Assembly: GCA_022750115.1 (NCBI GenBank)
Contig: JAKIWI010000001.1
Location: 222,419 to 286,418 of the forward strand
Source: Thermoplasmata archaeon
Lineage (GTDB): Archaea; Thermoplasmatota; Thermoplasmata; Lutacidiplasmatales; UBA184
Length of the DNA: 64,000 nucleotides
Direction of reading: 5' to 3'
Below the pieces are notes generated by a model. The model ran no database searches. It was not told where the DNA came from and was given only the letters and a program-made list of their open reading frames with translations. The first letter of the stretch is position 1; the number at the start of each line of letters is the position of its first letter. Positions 28,620 to 37,741 of the stretch are shown piece by piece. A program made the position numbers and the translations under genes.

Positions 28620-29060
28620 TCAGTCCCCTCGGTGAGGACGTCGGACGACCGGCGGTCGGGTTTTAACCGTTGCCCGGAGCAGCGGTTTCGTCGACGGAGG
28701 CCGGAGCTCGAGCCGCGCGCGGTCCCGCGGGCGGAGCACCGCGAGGCCGGCCGAGCGGGCCCGCTCCAACAGCTTCTCGTCGGACGATGCTACGACGGCG
28801 TGGAGCGCCACGGCGCTGGCGAGCACGGCCGCGTCCCCCACGCCGCGGGACGGCACCCGGGCCCATCGACCGGCGAGCGCGCGAGCGGCGCGGGCGTTCG
28901 GGACCTCGCGCGCCACGAGCCGATCGAGCTCTGCGGCGACGGAGCGCGGAACGCCGAGCCGGGCCGTTCCCGAGAACAGGCGCTCGAGCTCCTCCTCGAG
29001 GCGGATCCCGTGCGTGAACGGCCAGAACAACGCGTTGGTGTCGAGGACGACCCAAACGAC
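28620..29060 (-). CDS. PIN-domain protein (Fcf1/Utp24-like archaeal family); start codon unclear
   Basis: WVVLDTNAL (upstream of the ORF-track TTG), VAAEL, GDAAVL, VASSDEKL..RAR..GL.VL. Confidence 0.75.
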   Translation of the reverse strand, partial: VVWVVLDTNALFWPFTHGIRLEEELERLFSGTARLGVPRSVAAELDRLVAREVPNARAARALAGRWARVPSRGVGDAAVLASAVALHAVVASSDEKLLERARSAGLAVLRPRDRARLELRPPSTKPLLRATVKTRPPVVRRPHRGD

Positions 29061-29073
29061 GGCGGAGGAGTCG

Positions 29074-30666
29074 CTACGGGCGTCGGAGCGCGATGCCGAG
29101 CGCCTCGCGGTCGTACTGCTCGCCTCCCGTTCGCTGGCGGAGCACGTAGCGCTGCGCCTTTTGATTCGCGGTCTTCGGGATCTCCTTCACGAACTCGAGG
29201 TAGCGGGGTACCATGAAGAACGGGAGGTGCTCGACGCAGAACTCGAACAGCTCAATGGGCGTCGCGACGCCATCGGGTTTTAGCTGCACAAACGCCTTCA
29301 CGTCCTCCTCCCCCAGTGGGGACGGCACGCCGACGACCACGCACTCGAACACCGCCGGGTGGGTGGTAAGGACGCTCTCGACATCGTACGGGGCGAGGTT
29401 TTCGCCCCGCCGCCGGATGACGTCCTTCTTCCGGTCGACGAAGAAGTAGTAGCCGTCGGCATCACGGGTCACGAAGTCGCCGGTGTGGAACCAGAGGTTC
29501 CGCCACGCCTCGACCGTCGTTTCGGGCTTGTTCAGATACCCCAGGAACATCGTGAACGGCGCGCGCGGCCGGACCACCAGCTCACCGCGGGCGCCGACGG
29601 GCACGGGCTGGTCGGAGTCGTCGACGACGTCGGCCTCGACGAAACCGAGCGGAATGCCCACCGATCCGACACGGACCGCGTCGGGCGGGTTCATCAAGGT
29701 CGTGCAGCCGCACTCCGTCATGCCGTAGAGTTCGAGGATGCTCAGCCCGAACCGCTTCTCGAACGACGGCCAGATGTCGCGCGTCGCGCCGGCGGTGAGC
29801 GCCGTGCGGACGTTGTGCGTCCGGTCGCTCGGGCGCTCGGGCTGTTTGTAGAGCACCGTGACCATCGAGATCAGCAGCGAGACGTGGGTCGCGCCGAACG
29901 CCGCGGCCGTCTCCCAGAACGTCGTGGCGTGGAACCGCTCGTCGAACGCGCAGGTGAGGTCGTTCAGGAGCGCGGTGAGGGTCGTCATCTCTTGTGCGTT
30001 GCAGTGGAACAACGGCAGCGCCGTGAACAGCACCGAGCGCTCTTCGAGTCGGCTCCGCGCTCCGATCTCCCTCGGCGTGCGCAGGTACTTCTCGTGCGGG
30101 ATGATCGCGCCCTTCGGCGGCCCGGTCGTGCCGCTCGTGTAGAGGATCGCGGCCGGGTCCTCGCCCCGGAGCACGGGTAGGGTCGGGGCGGGACGGGACC
30201 GATCGAGGTCGGAGAACGGGAGAGTCCCGGTTGGGTCGGTCCCTGGTTCGGATGCGGCGGGCACGACCCACTCCATCGGGATCCCCAATCCCTCCCGGAA
30301 CGGGGCGTACGCGGTCCACAGTCTTCGGTCGACCGCGATGGCCTTCGGCGCGGAGTCCGCGAGCTCGTAGCGAAGGATTTCGCCCTTCAGGCCGGTATTG
30401 AGAGGCACCAGGAGGGCGCCGAGCCGCGCGGCCCCGAACCACAACTGGAGGAACTCGGGCCCGTTCAGCAGGAGGGCCGCGACCCGATCCCCCTGCCCGA
30501 TCCCGGCCGCTGAGAGGCCGGCCGCGACTCGGTCGGTCGCCGCATCGAGCTCGGAGTACGACATCGACCGGCCGGCGAATCGGGCGGCGATGCGGTCGCC
30601 GTTCTTGCGCGCCTTCGCTCGCACGAGGCCGCCGAGGTCGTGGAAGACCTCCTCGGGTGCGAGCAT
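29074..30666 (-). CDS. ATP-dependent acyl-CoA ligase (CaiC-like AMP-binding enzyme)
   Basis: ILYTSGTTGPPKG, LPLFHCNA, YGMTE, WFHTGD, DRKKDVIRRRGEN, PKTANQK. Alternative start at ATG 30693. Confidence 0.9.
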   Translation of the reverse strand: MLAPEEVFHDLGGLVRAKARKNGDRIAARFAGRSMSYSELDAATDRVAAGLSAAGIGQGDRVAALLLNGPEFLQLWFGAARLGALLVPLNTGLKGEILRYELADSAPKAIAVDRRLWTAYAPFREGLGIPMEWVVPAASEPGTDPTGTLPFSDLDRSRPAPTLPVLRGEDPAAILYTSGTTGPPKGAIIPHEKYLRTPREIGARSRLEERSVLFTALPLFHCNAQEMTTLTALLNDLTCAFDERFHATTFWETAAAFGATHVSLLISMVTVLYKQPERPSDRTHNVRTALTAGATRDIWPSFEKRFGLSILELYGMTECGCTTLMNPPDAVRVGSVGIPLGFVEADVVDDSDQPVPVGARGELVVRPRAPFTMFLGYLNKPETTVEAWRNLWFHTGDFVTRDADGYYFFVDRKKDVIRRRGENLAPYDVESVLTTHPAVFECVVVGVPSPLGEEDVKAFVQLKPDGVATPIELFEFCVEHLPFFMVPRYLEFVKEIPKTANQKAQRYVLRQRTGGEQYDREALGIALRRP

Positions 30667-30760
30667 TCGCGCCGGCGAGCCACCTCGGGCCATAATGGTT
30701 CGGACCTCTCGCGAGGAGTTATCGGGAGGCCGCCGACTGCGGCGCCGGGCCCGAGGGATC

Positions 30761-31222
30761 GTGCGGAGATTGACGGAAGCGTTCCGGACCGACCGGCCGG
30801 CGAGGGCGGAGCTCGCGGCGGGGGCGGCGGTCGTCGACCCCGAGCGCGGGGAGTTGCTGCTCCTCCATCTCACCGCGGAGGACCGCTGGTGCTTCCCGAA
30901 GGGGCACGTCGAGCCGGGGGAGTCCGTGGCGATGGCGGCCGCCCGCGAGGTCGAAGAGGAGACCGGCGTCTCCGGCGTAACCCTCGGTCCCGAGATCGGT
31001 CTCGTGACGTACCGATTCTACAACCCCCGCAAGGACCTGAACGTCGTCAAGACCGTCGTGTACTTCGTCGTCTCCTTCGCGCGCCGACCGATCCAGCCCG
31101 AAGCCGGGTTCGACGAGGGCCGATGGGTGACGTTCGAGGCGGCGGGTCCGATGCTCGAGTTCCCGGCGGACCGGGAAGTGCTCGACCTCGTCGCCCGCTG
31201 GCGCACGGCGGCGCCCTCGTGA
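30761..31222 (+). CDS. NUDIX hydrolase (Ap4A hydrolase-like)
   Basis: AAGAAV, WCFPKGHVEPGES...AAAREVEEETG Nudix box. Confidence 0.88.
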   Translation: MRRLTEAFRTDRPARAELAAGAAVVDPERGELLLLHLTAEDRWCFPKGHVEPGESVAMAAAREVEEETGVSGVTLGPEIGLVTYRFYNPRKDLNVVKTVVYFVVSFARRPIQPEAGFDEGRWVTFEAAGPMLEFPADREVLDLVARWRTAAPS

Positions 31223-31289
31223 TCCCACCACGCGAGTCGGAATGGGTTGGGGGCCGGGAGCGGTCTGCCCCCGGCCAAGCACGTTCTCG

Positions 31290-32711
31290 CTACGCTCCGC
31301 CGCTCGGGGGCATCGGGGGCGTCGGTCCCTGCGGGGGCGGAGGGGGGAGCCCCTGGGAGCCGGCGACCTGCTGGCTGTAGCCGCCGACGAGCTGGCCCTG
31401 GGAGTGTCGGCGTGCCCAAGCGCGGTACTCGACGACCCCGACCGTGCCGACGATCACGACGGCCACGAGGCCCACGACGAGCAACGTCACGATCGAGCTG
31501 GCCGCCCCGGAACTCCCCGAGCACGAGGAGCGGAGGCAGCTCGCGGCGTGCTGCGCCTGGGTGACGGTCTCCGGCTGGCCCTGCACGAGGGCCGTCGAGG
31601 GGGGCGCCGAGCCACCCGGGCCCGCGGCCGTTACTGTCGAGGCGCTCGAGAGGCTCGCGTCCGACCCTGCGTAGGTGGAGGCGGACGCCACGACCTGGAG
31701 CCGGTGGTGCGCGGCGTCGACCGCGACGTCGAGCCGGGAGGTCGTGACCGCCTCGGCGCCGAGCGCGTGGCCGTCCCAGTCGTGGTGGCCGGAGCCGAAC
31801 ACCTCGTAGCCGTGCGGCACGAGGATCACGCCCTCGATGTTGTCGAACGGACCCGAGATCGCGAGCACGATCGCCGGAACGGTCATCCCGTTCGACAGCG
31901 TGATCGGCCCGAGGTCCGCGCCCTGCAGCGCGACCGTGCCGGTGCCCGAGACGTTTCCGCTCGGCGCGCCGCTCCCCGACGAGGTCGTGCCGAGGAGCGA
32001 CGTCACGGCGTAGCTGTAACTCGCGCCCCACGCGCCGCTCGCCGAGTACGAGGCGCTCGAGTTCCACTGGAGTCCCTGCGAGAGGTTCCAGGGAACGAGC
32101 CCGAGCGAGGGGGAGAACGCGACCTGGGTGTTGGCGTGTCCAATGACGCTGAGGCGGCCGGTCGCGGTGTGGCCGCCGAGCGTGAGCGAGTAGGACTCGT
32201 TCAGGTTCGCCGATCCCTGGGACGACGCGTTGTCAAGGCCGACCGCGGGGACCGCCGTGCCGTTCACATAGACCGTCGCGAGGCCGGTCAGGTTCGCGAA
32301 TCCAGCGTCGGATTCGGATCCCTGGATCGAGAGGTTGCCCGCCGTCGACGGGTGCGTGCAGTTCGGCTCGCAGTACGTGGCGAACAGGCTCGCCGCCATC
32401 GTCCGCTGCGCCTCGAGGGCGACCGTTCCGAGCGTCGTGTTCGTCGCGGTGACGATGACCTGCCAGCCGAAGAACGCGTGCGAGGAGTACGACGTGTTCC
32501 CGAGCTGGACGCTCGTGTTCACCCACTTCGCGCCGCCGTAGGCCCACTGTTGACTCGCCGCCGCATTCGCGCCCACCGAATTGGTCGTCAATCCCGCCGA
32601 CCCGGCGGGGGCTCCCTGGGCCGTCGCGGTGATCGCCGGGAGGCCCAAGGCCATCACGGCGACGACTGCGACCACGGCCCAGAATCCGTTCGTTCGTCCG
32701 TTCCGCTGCAT
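31290..32711 (-). CDS. Secreted, C-terminally TM-anchored hypothetical glycoprotein
   Basis: Signal peptide, Ser/Thr/Asn-rich beta region, TM IVTLLVVGLVAVVIVGTVGVV, Pro-rich tail. Confidence 0.75.
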   Translation of the reverse strand: MQRNGRTNGFWAVVAVVAVMALGLPAITATAQGAPAGSAGLTTNSVGANAAASQQWAYGGAKWVNTSVQLGNTSYSSHAFFGWQVIVTATNTTLGTVALEAQRTMAASLFATYCEPNCTHPSTAGNLSIQGSESDAGFANLTGLATVYVNGTAVPAVGLDNASSQGSANLNESYSLTLGGHTATGRLSVIGHANTQVAFSPSLGLVPWNLSQGLQWNSSASYSASGAWGASYSYAVTSLLGTTSSGSGAPSGNVSGTGTVALQGADLGPITLSNGMTVPAIVLAISGPFDNIEGVILVPHGYEVFGSGHHDWDGHALGAEAVTTSRLDVAVDAAHHRLQVVASASTYAGSDASLSSASTVTAAGPGGSAPPSTALVQGQPETVTQAQHAASCLRSSCSGSSGAASSIVTLLVVGLVAVVIVGTVGVVEYRAWARRHSQGQLVGGYSQQVAGSQGLPPPPPQGPTPPMPPSGGA

Positions 32712-32836
32712 TCGTTCCCTTCTGTGGGACGGCGGTTCGCCGTCCTGGCCGGATTCAGCCCGGAAACGCGTGATAAACCCCCGTCTCGGTCGGCCGAGGG
32801 GTCGTTGGACGGTGTGCTAGGCCGTCGCTGCCACCG

Positions 32837-34528
32837 TCAACGACTGGTCCCGTCCCCGCCGGTCTTGCCGGGGATCCGGAACCGCGCTTGCCGAGCAACG
32901 GCGAGCGAGCTCTCGTAGCCCGCATCCGCGTGCCGAGCGACGCCGAGGCCGGGGTCGTTGTGCAGGACCCGGCCGATCCGCCGGTCCGCCTGGGTGGTCC
33001 CGTCGGCGACGATGACGAGGCCGGCATGGATCGAGTTCCCGATGCCGGTCCCCCCCCCGTGGTGGACCGAGACCCACGAGGCTCCGGAGACGGCGTTGAG
33101 GAGAGCGTTCAGGATCGGCCAGTCGGCGATGGCGTCCGAGCCGTCCTTCATCCCCTCCGTCTCGCGGAACGGGCTCGCGACGCTGCCGGTGTCGTGGTGG
33201 TCCCGACCGATGGCGATCGGCGCGGCGAGGGCCCCCCCCCGAACGAGGTCGTTCACGAGGTGGCCGAACCGCTCCCGCTCGCCGTACGCCATGTAGCAGA
33301 TCCGCGCCGGCAGCCCCTGGTATCGGACCCGTTCCGCGGCGAGACGGATCCACCGCACCAGGTCCGGACGCTCCGCGAACTCCGACAGCACCATCCGGTC
33401 GATCCGGGCGATGTCGGCGGGGTCGCCGGAGAGCGCGACCCATCGGAACGGGCCGCTCCCGACGGCGAACAACGGGCGGATGTACGCCGGGACGTAGCCC
33501 GGGATGTCGAACGCCTCCGCGACCCCCGCTTCGCGCGCCTGGGTCCGGAAGTTGTTGCCGTAGTCGAACGCTTTCGACCCGCGCTGGCGCATCTCGAGGA
33601 TCGCTCGCGCTTCGAGCGCGATCGACTGCCGTACCTCGGTGAGGTACTCTTCGAGGTTCGCTTCCCGGGCGCGTCGCGCCGTCTCGGGAGTGCGGCCGAT
33701 GGGGATGTAGCCGACCCGGATGTCGTGGGCGGCCGTCTGGTCGGAGACCACGTCGGGCGTGATCTTCCGTCGCACCAGTTCCGGGTAGACCTCCGCGGCG
33801 TTCGCGCACAACCCGACGGAGAGCGGCCGGCGCTCGGACGCCGCGAACCGAACCCGCGTGAGGGCATCGCCCAGGTCGGCCGCCTCCTCGTCCAGGTAGT
33901 GGTTGCCGAGCCGCCGTCCGAGGGCGCGAGGGTCCACGTCGACGATGAGCGCCGCCCCGCCGAGCATCGTGACCGCGAGCGGCTGGGCCCCGCCCATCTC
34001 GCCGAGTCCGCTCGATAGGACCCACTTGCCGGCGAGGTCGGACTGTCCGAACTCAATCCGCGCGAGCGAGGCGAGCGTCTCGTAGGTGCCCTGGAGGATC
34101 CCCTGGGTCCCGATGTAGATCCAACTGCCCGCCGTCATCTGGCCGTACATGGTGAGGCCCCGGGCCTCGAGCGGCCAGAACTCGGCATCCGTCGCCCACC
34201 GGGGGACGATCATCGCGTTCGAGATCAGGACCCGAGGCGCGTCGGTGTGGGTCGGAAATACCCCGACCGGCTTTCCGGACTGGACGAGGAGAGTCTCCTC
34301 GTTGCCGAGCGTCTTCAGCGTGGCCACGATCTGGTCGTACGCGCCCCAATCTCGGGCCGCCTTTCCCCGTCCTCCGTAGACGATGAGGTGCTCGGGGTCC
34401 CGCGCCACGTCGGGGTCGAGGTTGTTCATCAGGAGGCGAAGCGCCGCCTCTTGACTCCAGCCGCGGCAGGACAACGACGGTCCGTGGGGCGCCCGGATCG
34501 GTTCCCGCCGCGCCTCGGGGACGGCCAC
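32837..34528 (-). CDS. hutU: Urocanate hydratase
   Basis: [77 protein letters not shown]. Start approximate. Confidence 0.95.
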   Translation of the reverse strand: MAVPEARREPIRAPHGPSLSCRGWSQEAALRLLMNNLDPDVARDPEHLIVYGGRGKAARDWGAYDQIVATLKTLGNEETLLVQSGKPVGVFPTHTDAPRVLISNAMIVPRWATDAEFWPLEARGLTMYGQMTAGSWIYIGTQGILQGTYETLASLARIEFGQSDLAGKWVLSSGLGEMGGAQPLAVTMLGGAALIVDVDPRALGRRLGNHYLDEEAADLGDALTRVRFAASERRPLSVGLCANAAEVYPELVRRKITPDVVSDQTAAHDIRVGYIPIGRTPETARRAREANLEEYLTEVRQSIALEARAILEMRQRGSKAFDYGNNFRTQAREAGVAEAFDIPGYVPAYIRPLFAVGSGPFRWVALSGDPADIARIDRMVLSEFAERPDLVRWIRLAAERVRYQGLPARICYMAYGERERFGHLVNDLVRGGALAAPIAIGRDHHDTGSVASPFRETEGMKDGSDAIADWPILNALLNAVSGASWVSVHHGGGTGIGNSIHAGLVIVADGTTQADRRIGRVLHNDPGLGVARHADAGYESSLAVARQARFRIPGKTGGDGTSR

Positions 34529-34751
34529 GGCACGCGGAGCCCCGGGGGCTTGAAAGGTTGCGCCGGCGGCGGGCTCGACGGGCGCCCGCGCGCGGGGATC
34601 GGGGTCGGGGCGCCCGACCCGGGGTGGCCACCGCACCTGCCGGACTCGGAGGGGACGAGGTACTCAGACGACGTGGAAACGACCGATGGGCGCGTTTTCT
34701 CGTCGTATCTTTGACGGACCCTTATAAGCTCGGAGCGCCCGCATAGCCCGC

Positions 34752-36773
34752 ATGCAGCGCCGCCCGCCGTCCAGCGTGTCTTCCCCCCCGACTCCCTCCA
34801 ACGATGCCGCTCCTCGTCCCATGCGCCGACGTGCGGCCACTTGGTCCGTCGTCCTCGTGGCGTCGTTGCTCGCGCTCGGCCCTGTCGTTGTCTTTGCCGG
34901 TTTCCTCGGTCCTGTCCCGGGATACTCGGCCGCTTCGCACACGGTGGCGCCTGTGGCTCCGTTCGGTCGCACTGGGGCGAATGGCTCGGGTGGAAACGGC
35001 TCCGGTGGGAATTCGTCGGGGGGAATTGGAACGACCGGTAACGCCAGCCAAGGTTCGAACGTCAGCCCGTACCCCCACAACGCAACGCACGCCGCTTGGA
35101 ATGTCTCCGCGTGGAACTACTACCTCCGATTCTCGACGCTCACCATCCTGACCGTCGGACACGGTTCCGCCACCTTGACCATCGTCGGAAACATCCAGAC
35201 CCCGACCACTCCGGCGGTGATGGCGATCCAGTTCGGAAACAGCCACTGGGCGAACCAGACCTACAACTCCACCGCCGGCTACCTCAACGTCACGAACACC
35301 TACTCGGCGGCCGGAAACTACAGCCTGCTCCTCAACCTGAGCGAACCGTTCGCCTCGACGCATGTCCAGACCTCGATCGGGGTCTGCCTGGTGAATTGCT
35401 CGGCCGGGAACACCTCGGGCGGCAACGGTTCCGGGCACCCCTCGTCGGGATCGAACGTGACGATCAGCACGGCGAACGCGTCCTACACGGTGTGGGGAAT
35501 GTCCGCCTGGAACGGAACCTTGACCATCAACGCCACCGCGACCTTGCCGAGCGCGAATTTCGCGCCCAATCTCACCGTGAAGGGGACGGTGGCGTGGCCG
35601 AACTCCCCCGCTCAATTCACCGTACTCTTCGGGGACGGAAACTCCTCGGCCCAGAACTTCGGAGGCATCAACAACTCGACGTCGAACACCGGAGTCTCGA
35701 GCTTTGCGGCGTCGCACCTGTACTCCACCCCGGGCTGGCACTTCCTGAGCCTCCGGTTCACCGACCGCAATGCGACCGCGCAGGTGTCGACCGGGATTTT
35801 CATCGTCATCCCCCATAGCTCCGGCAACGGGTCGAATAACTCCTCTGCCGGTTCGCGCGTCGCGGTGATCCAGCAGAACTCCAGCACGACCGTCCTCCAG
35901 CTGGTGGCCTGGAACGGCTCGCTCGCGATCAATGCGTCCGCGCGTCTCGCCCTCGGCCCGAACAACGCGTCCGCCGTCGTCAACGGGACGGTCCGGGACA
36001 CCCTGTCCCCGACGTTCGTCTCCGTCCTGTTCGGGAACGGCTACGGGACGAACTGGTCGTTCTGGTTGAACAATTCGACCGGCGCCTTCCACGCGTTCGG
36101 ATTCTACGGGACCGCGGGAAACTACTCGCTCTCCATCGGAGCGTACGACGCGAACCAGACCGCATTGGTTTCGACCGTGCTCTCGGTCGTCCTGGTGCCC
36201 GGCAGCAACAACAGCTCCGGACGCTACCCGACCTCAGTCTCGGTGACGGTCGGGGCGTCGCCCGTGACCGGGCCGGCCCCGATGACGACCACGCTATCGG
36301 CCTTCCTCAGCGGCGGTTCGGCCCCCTTCGCGGTGCTCTGGAGCGTGCCGGGAAGCAACTCGAGCGCCAACCTCAGCGGACTGATGGTATCCGTGTCCTA
36401 CCTGCACCCCGGATGGTACCCAGCGACGGCATTCGTCTACAACACGACCTCATCGTTCGGCAGCGTCCTCGTGGGGTTCGGCAGCGTCTGGCTCTACGCC
36501 TCCGGGAACGGGACCAACCACTCGGGCGGAAACGGGTCCGGGAACGGTTCCGGAAACGGCTCCGGCGAGACTCCCATCACCGGCGGTGCGCGGGGATCGA
36601 CGGCGACGACGCTCACCTCGCTCGAAGGAGTGATCGCCCTCTCCGCGGCCCTCGGTGCGATCCTGGGCGGCGTGGTCGGCTTCGCCTCTTCGCGACTCGC
36701 CATCTCGTCGGTCGCACATCGGGCCCCACCCTCCTCGGTCCGGGAGCCCCCCCGCGACCGACGCTCCGGATGA
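34752..36773 (+). CDS. Asn/Ser-rich surface glycoprotein with about 4 PKD-like repeats and a C-terminal TM
   Basis: Signal peptide, three AWN...FG(N/D)..Y...G.Y repeats plus a PKD-like GPAP..W...Y..PG domain, GNGS linkers, TM. CTTATAAG lies 24 nt upstream. Confidence 0.8.
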   Translation: MQRRPPSSVSSPPTPSNDAAPRPMRRRAATWSVVLVASLLALGPVVVFAGFLGPVPGYSAASHTVAPVAPFGRTGANGSGGNGSGGNSSGGIGTTGNASQGSNVSPYPHNATHAAWNVSAWNYYLRFSTLTILTVGHGSATLTIVGNIQTPTTPAVMAIQFGNSHWANQTYNSTAGYLNVTNTYSAAGNYSLLLNLSEPFASTHVQTSIGVCLVNCSAGNTSGGNGSGHPSSGSNVTISTANASYTVWGMSAWNGTLTINATATLPSANFAPNLTVKGTVAWPNSPAQFTVLFGDGNSSAQNFGGINNSTSNTGVSSFAASHLYSTPGWHFLSLRFTDRNATAQVSTGIFIVIPHSSGNGSNNSSAGSRVAVIQQNSSTTVLQLVAWNGSLAINASARLALGPNNASAVVNGTVRDTLSPTFVSVLFGNGYGTNWSFWLNNSTGAFHAFGFYGTAGNYSLSIGAYDANQTALVSTVLSVVLVPGSNNSSGRYPTSVSVTVGASPVTGPAPMTTTLSAFLSGGSAPFAVLWSVPGSNSSANLSGLMVSVSYLHPGWYPATAFVYNTTSSFGSVLVGFGSVWLYASGNGTNHSGGNGSGNGSGNGSGETPITGGARGSTATTLTSLEGVIALSAALGAILGGVVGFASSRLAISSVAHRAPPSSVREPPRDRRSG

Positions 36774-37741
36774 CCGCCGCGAGCCCTTGCATGGGTCACG
36801 GCCGAAAACCCGTGAGGACGGCCGGAAGTCGCCGGGCACGGGCGACCGCGCTGCGGGCCGCGGTCTGGCTCTCGATCGTGCTGACTCTCGGAGCGCTCGG
36901 AAGCCCCGCCTCGAGTCCGACGAATTCGCACCCGGCCGGCCCGGGAGTGGCCGCCGGCGTCGTCGTTGCGAACCAGCCGATTCTAACCTTGGTACCCTCT
37001 CCGGAGTCGGGCAACGCACCCCTGTCGGTCAACGTCACGGTCGCCGTCAGCGGCGGGATCGCGCCCTACAACCTTTCCCTCTGCTTCGGAACGAACGACC
37101 ACACGAGCCCAGCCCCGAATTGCGGGGTGGGAGCGAGCGGGTGGAACGGCACGACGGAGCTGGTGTTTTCGCATGACTACACCACGCCGGGAAACTTCAG
37201 CGTCACCGGCGTCGTCACCGACTCGCGGGGCTCCGGCGTCGGATCGACGGCCTTGATCGTCGTGACCGATCGTTCCGTCCTGGCGGCGACCGCCGACGAG
37301 CGGACGAGCGGCGGGGCCGCCCCCCTGTCGGTGACGTTCAACGAGAGCGTGGCCGGAGGGACGCCCCCCATCACGCTCCAGTGGACGTACGGCGATGGCA
37401 CCTCGGGCTCCGAGCTCCCCGGGGTACCGGTGGTCCACGTCTACGAGACCCCCGGCTCGTTCGAGCCTCTGCTGGCGGTGACCGACGGCGCCGGCCACCG
37501 AACGACCCAGGTCCTGCCTCGGATCACTGTGTCCGCGCCTGGCCACGCGGGTGGCGAGGTCGGTTCCGGCGCGCTGCCCGGCTGGCCCGCGATCGTCGGG
37601 GCGTTCGCGATCGCAGCGTTCACCGCGGGCGCGGTGGCGGTGGTCGTGCAGCATCGTCGTTGGCGCCGGGAGGGGAACGAGCTCGTCGCCCAGCTGGGTT
37701 CGAGGCGTGCGCCCCCAGCCACGACTCGCGCGAAACCGTGA
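36770..37741 (+). CDS. Two-PKD-domain surface protein with TM and an RRWRREGNELVAQL tail
   Basis: SGNAPLSV, HDYTTPGNF, WTYGDG..HVYETPG. ATGA overlap with the previous gene. Confidence 0.85.
   Translation: MTAASPCMGHGRKPVRTAGSRRARATALRAAVWLSIVLTLGALGSPASSPTNSHPAGPGVAAGVVVANQPILTLVPSPESGNAPLSVNVTVAVSGGIAPYNLSLCFGTNDHTSPAPNCGVGASGWNGTTELVFSHDYTTPGNFSVTGVVTDSRGSGVGSTALIVVTDRSVLAATADERTSGGAAPLSVTFNESVAGGTPPITLQWTYGDGTSGSELPGVPVVHVYETPGSFEPLLAVTDGAGHRTTQVLPRITVSAPGHAGGEVGSGALPGWPAIVGAFAIAAFTAGAVAVVVQHRRWRREGNELVAQLGSRRAPPATTRAKP

Noticed and set aside
32837-34528. hutU without hutH, hutI or hutG nearby
   Set aside because: Scattered hut genes are common in archaea, and the rest of the genome is not visible.
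3801-34709. GTATC shortly upstream of the TATA box at both TM-wHTH loci
   Set aside because: It is only 5 nt with different spacing, too weak to call a shared operator.
36528-36566. Three 12-nt tandem repeats (GG(A/G)AACGG(G/T/C)TCC)
   Set aside because: They encode a GNGS linker in a surface protein and vary at synonymous positions, so they are not a separate element.
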